DNA of 64,000 nucleotides, taken from assembly GCA_026415505.1 (NCBI GenBank), contig JAOAGY010000009.1, positions 71,818 to 135,817 on the forward strand, given 5' to 3'. Shown here in pieces: positions 62,127-64,000 of this stretch; position 1 is the first letter of the stretch; each line of letters begins with the position of its first letter. A program made the translations under genes and the position numbers. Under the pieces are notes generated by a model. That model saw only the letters and a program-made list of their open reading frames with translations, made no database searches and had not been told where the DNA came from. Source of the DNA: Chlorobiota bacterium. GTDB taxonomy: Bacteria > Bacteroidota > Ignavibacteria > Kapaibacteriales > NICIL-2.

Positions 62127-64000
62127 CGGGGCACGTTCGTCGTTCGACCGCGATTATTCCACGTCTTGTTCGCATCGCGCGTGGTGACGATACCGCTCAT
62201 ATCGGTGTCGCGATTGAGATAGCCTTCCTCGACGCAGCCGTTCCAGATTGCATCGTAGTCGGTTCGGTCGCCGATGTCAACCGATCCGTCGCCATTGACA
62301 TCGCCGGCGACCATACCGAAGATGACGCCATCGGTCGGCGAGTAGTCAATCGGCTTGAGCGCTGCTGCACCACCGGAGACGAGTGTCGGCGAACTCAGCA
62401 CGACCGCTTGAGCTGGCTGGTCGTCACTGGCAAGACGCAACGGCGCTGCAGTGATAATCGCAAGATGTGTTCGGTGGTGAATCGCAACGTAATAGGTCGT
62501 CGTATCAACCGTCGGATCGAAACACAGTCGAGAGCTCCCGTCGACATCGACGATCGTTCCATTGGCACGGAGCAGCGCTGTGCGATAGACACGCTGCGGG
62601 CTTGTGGGATTCGGGCGCAACTCGATGAGCACCCAATCGACGATCGCCGAATCCATCGCTGGTGTATTGATCGCGGTGCGATTCGGATCGCGGTTGTACG
62701 GGTAGATGTTCGGTGGCGTCGGCGGAATCAACCGGCGGCGCGCAAGATCGGTTGCCATCGAGCCATTGCGGTACGGACCTTCGAGCAACACGCGTGCATC
62801 GAGGCATACTTGAACCGGCACCGGATAACCGATAGCAAAAGGTCCGAGCTGAGAGAGAGTGTCCGCCAATGAATATGCCCAACCACTTGAATCGAGCGCC
62901 GCAGGGACTCTCGACGAGCGGATGTTCCGCCACCGTGCACCGTTCCAGTGCAGCAGAATCACACGCTGGCGATCGAGACCGTTGGCTTCGTCGGTCGCCG
63001 GCTCGTTTGGTGTGTCGAGCCATGCATACCCGAAGGTGTACGGTAGCGAGCCGAGCGGCGACCCTGTTCGATCGGTTGCGGTAACGAAAAACGCTCGGCG
63101 TGCTTTCGTCGTGCCTTCGGGATACGGCGGAAATGTCTGTGGTAACGTCCGCACAGTAAGCGATGCCGGTACGGCAGCAGCAGGCTGTCGCACAGCGAGC
63201 CACGTAAAGCGATTGGTAAACAGTTGCGGCGTACTGTCGCCTGCGATACCCGTTCGCCGTAGCGAACCAATGACTTCCGAGCGCGGATGCACGTAGAAAG
63301 GATCGAGCGCCTGCGGTGTGTACGTCAACACATAACGCTCGCTCGTATCACGCTCGGTGTAAATGAACGTCGCACGATCAGCCGTACCGACGACGAGCGA
63401 ATCGTTCACCGTCACATGGCGATCGAGCTGGAGTCCGCCGCCAGTGACGACGGTCAGCGAACGCAGCACGTTCTCGGCAGCGGGTACTTCGTTACCTGTG
63501 ACGATCCGCGAAGCTCCTTCGTAGCGGATCGAATAACCACCGACGTAACGCAGAAAGTCCGTGACCGAACCCGAATCGGTTCGAATCACGAGCGAGCGAT
63601 CGTCCATGGTGACGTTGCTCGCAGTCGAGTTGCGAAGCTCGCCGCGGTGGAGATAGAGCGTGTGTCGAATTGCAATGTCGGCGGAATCGTCCATTCGAGC
63701 GCCAGCAGGATTGTCCACTTCCAGTGCGCTCATTCGTCCGCGACCGGTCAGCAGTTGCTCTCCGCTGCCACGGAGAATCACTGCACCGTAGGCGCCGTTG
63801 TCGTTGACCGAGCCGTCGTGGTGAACGCGACCGTGTGCAATCAACGGATATCGTTCGGCGATGACGAGTTGACTCGGCGCTTCGGTCACGAGCGTATCGG
63901 CGCTGACGAGCGAACGTCCGGAAGATGTATCGAGCTGTTTGGTGCTTCTGCCGCGGAAGTAGAGCACCGAATAGGTGATTTGCGGAACACGTTGTGCGCC
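62123..64000 (-). CDS. Large secreted protein with C-terminal dockerin-like domain (5'-truncated by the window)
   Basis: Frame is open to base 64000. VLLEGPY..DWVLIELR..YYVAIHHRTHL domain, then GDVNGDGSVD..D and DTDMSGIVTTRD Ca-binding loops. Confidence 0.8.
   Translation of the reverse strand, partial: GAQRVPQITYSVLYFRGRSTKQLDTSSGRSLVSADTLVTEAPSQLVIAERYPLIAHGRVHHDGSVNDNGAYGAVILRGSGEQLLTGRGRMSALEVDNPAGARMDDSADIAIRHTLYLHRGELRNSTASNVTMDDRSLVIRTDSGSVTDFLRYVGGYSIRYEGASRIVTGNEVPAAENVLRSLTVVTGGGLQLDRHVTVNDSLVVGTADRATFIYTERDTSERYVLTYTPQALDPFYVHPRSEVIGSLRRTGIAGDSTPQLFTNRFTWLAVRQPAAAVPASLTVRTLPQTFPPYPEGTTKARRAFFVTATDRTGSPLGSLPYTFGYAWLDTPNEPATDEANGLDRQRVILLHWNGARWRNIRSSRVPAALDSSGWAYSLADTLSQLGPFAIGYPVPVQVCLDARVLLEGPYRNGSMATDLARRRLIPPTPPNIYPYNRDPNRTAINTPAMDSAIVDWVLIELRPNPTSPQRVYRTALLRANGTIVDVDGSSRLCFDPTVDTTTYYVAIHHRTHLAIITAAPLRLASDDQPAQAVVLSSPTLVSGGAAALKPIDYSPTDGVIFGMVAGDVNGDGSVDIGDRTDYDAIWNGCVEEGYLNRDTDMSGIVTTRDANKTWNNRGRTTNVPR

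Overview
A GC-rich, densely coding bacterial chromosome segment. It most likely comes from an FCB-group organism (Kapabacteria/Ignavibacteria-like; inferred from T9SS C-terminal sorting domains, a GWxTD protein and recurrent Bacteroidota-type TAnnTTTG promoter boxes). Most genes are housekeeping: dapD 3' end, murB, lysS, trmD, queC, murD, ftsW, lptB, an HtrA protease, two SurA-like PPIases, murC, mutL, ruvX, ispF, xseAB, gpsA, plsY, tsaD, a two-gene transketolase, tRNA-Ser(CGA) and tRNA-Leu(CAG). Envelope and secreted-protein loci are interspersed. No mobile element, CRISPR array or rRNA was seen. Most notable: (1) a stand-alone C-terminal half of ClpB with intact motifs that begins at the tip of the M-domain coiled coil; (2) an apparent non-cellulosomal cohesin-dockerin surface system made of T9SS cargo with cohesin-like domains, a dockerin-tailed protein and barrel-OmpA anchors; (3) a secreted esterase whose signal peptide apparently starts inside tRNA-Leu; (4) a CHASE-PAS pseudo-histidine kinase with a structured leader; (5) a TPR/barrel/SPOR/TonB module coupled to murD-ftsW; (6) a small membrane protein with a HiPIP-like Cys motif. 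All family calls come from recognising motifs by eye; no database search was run.
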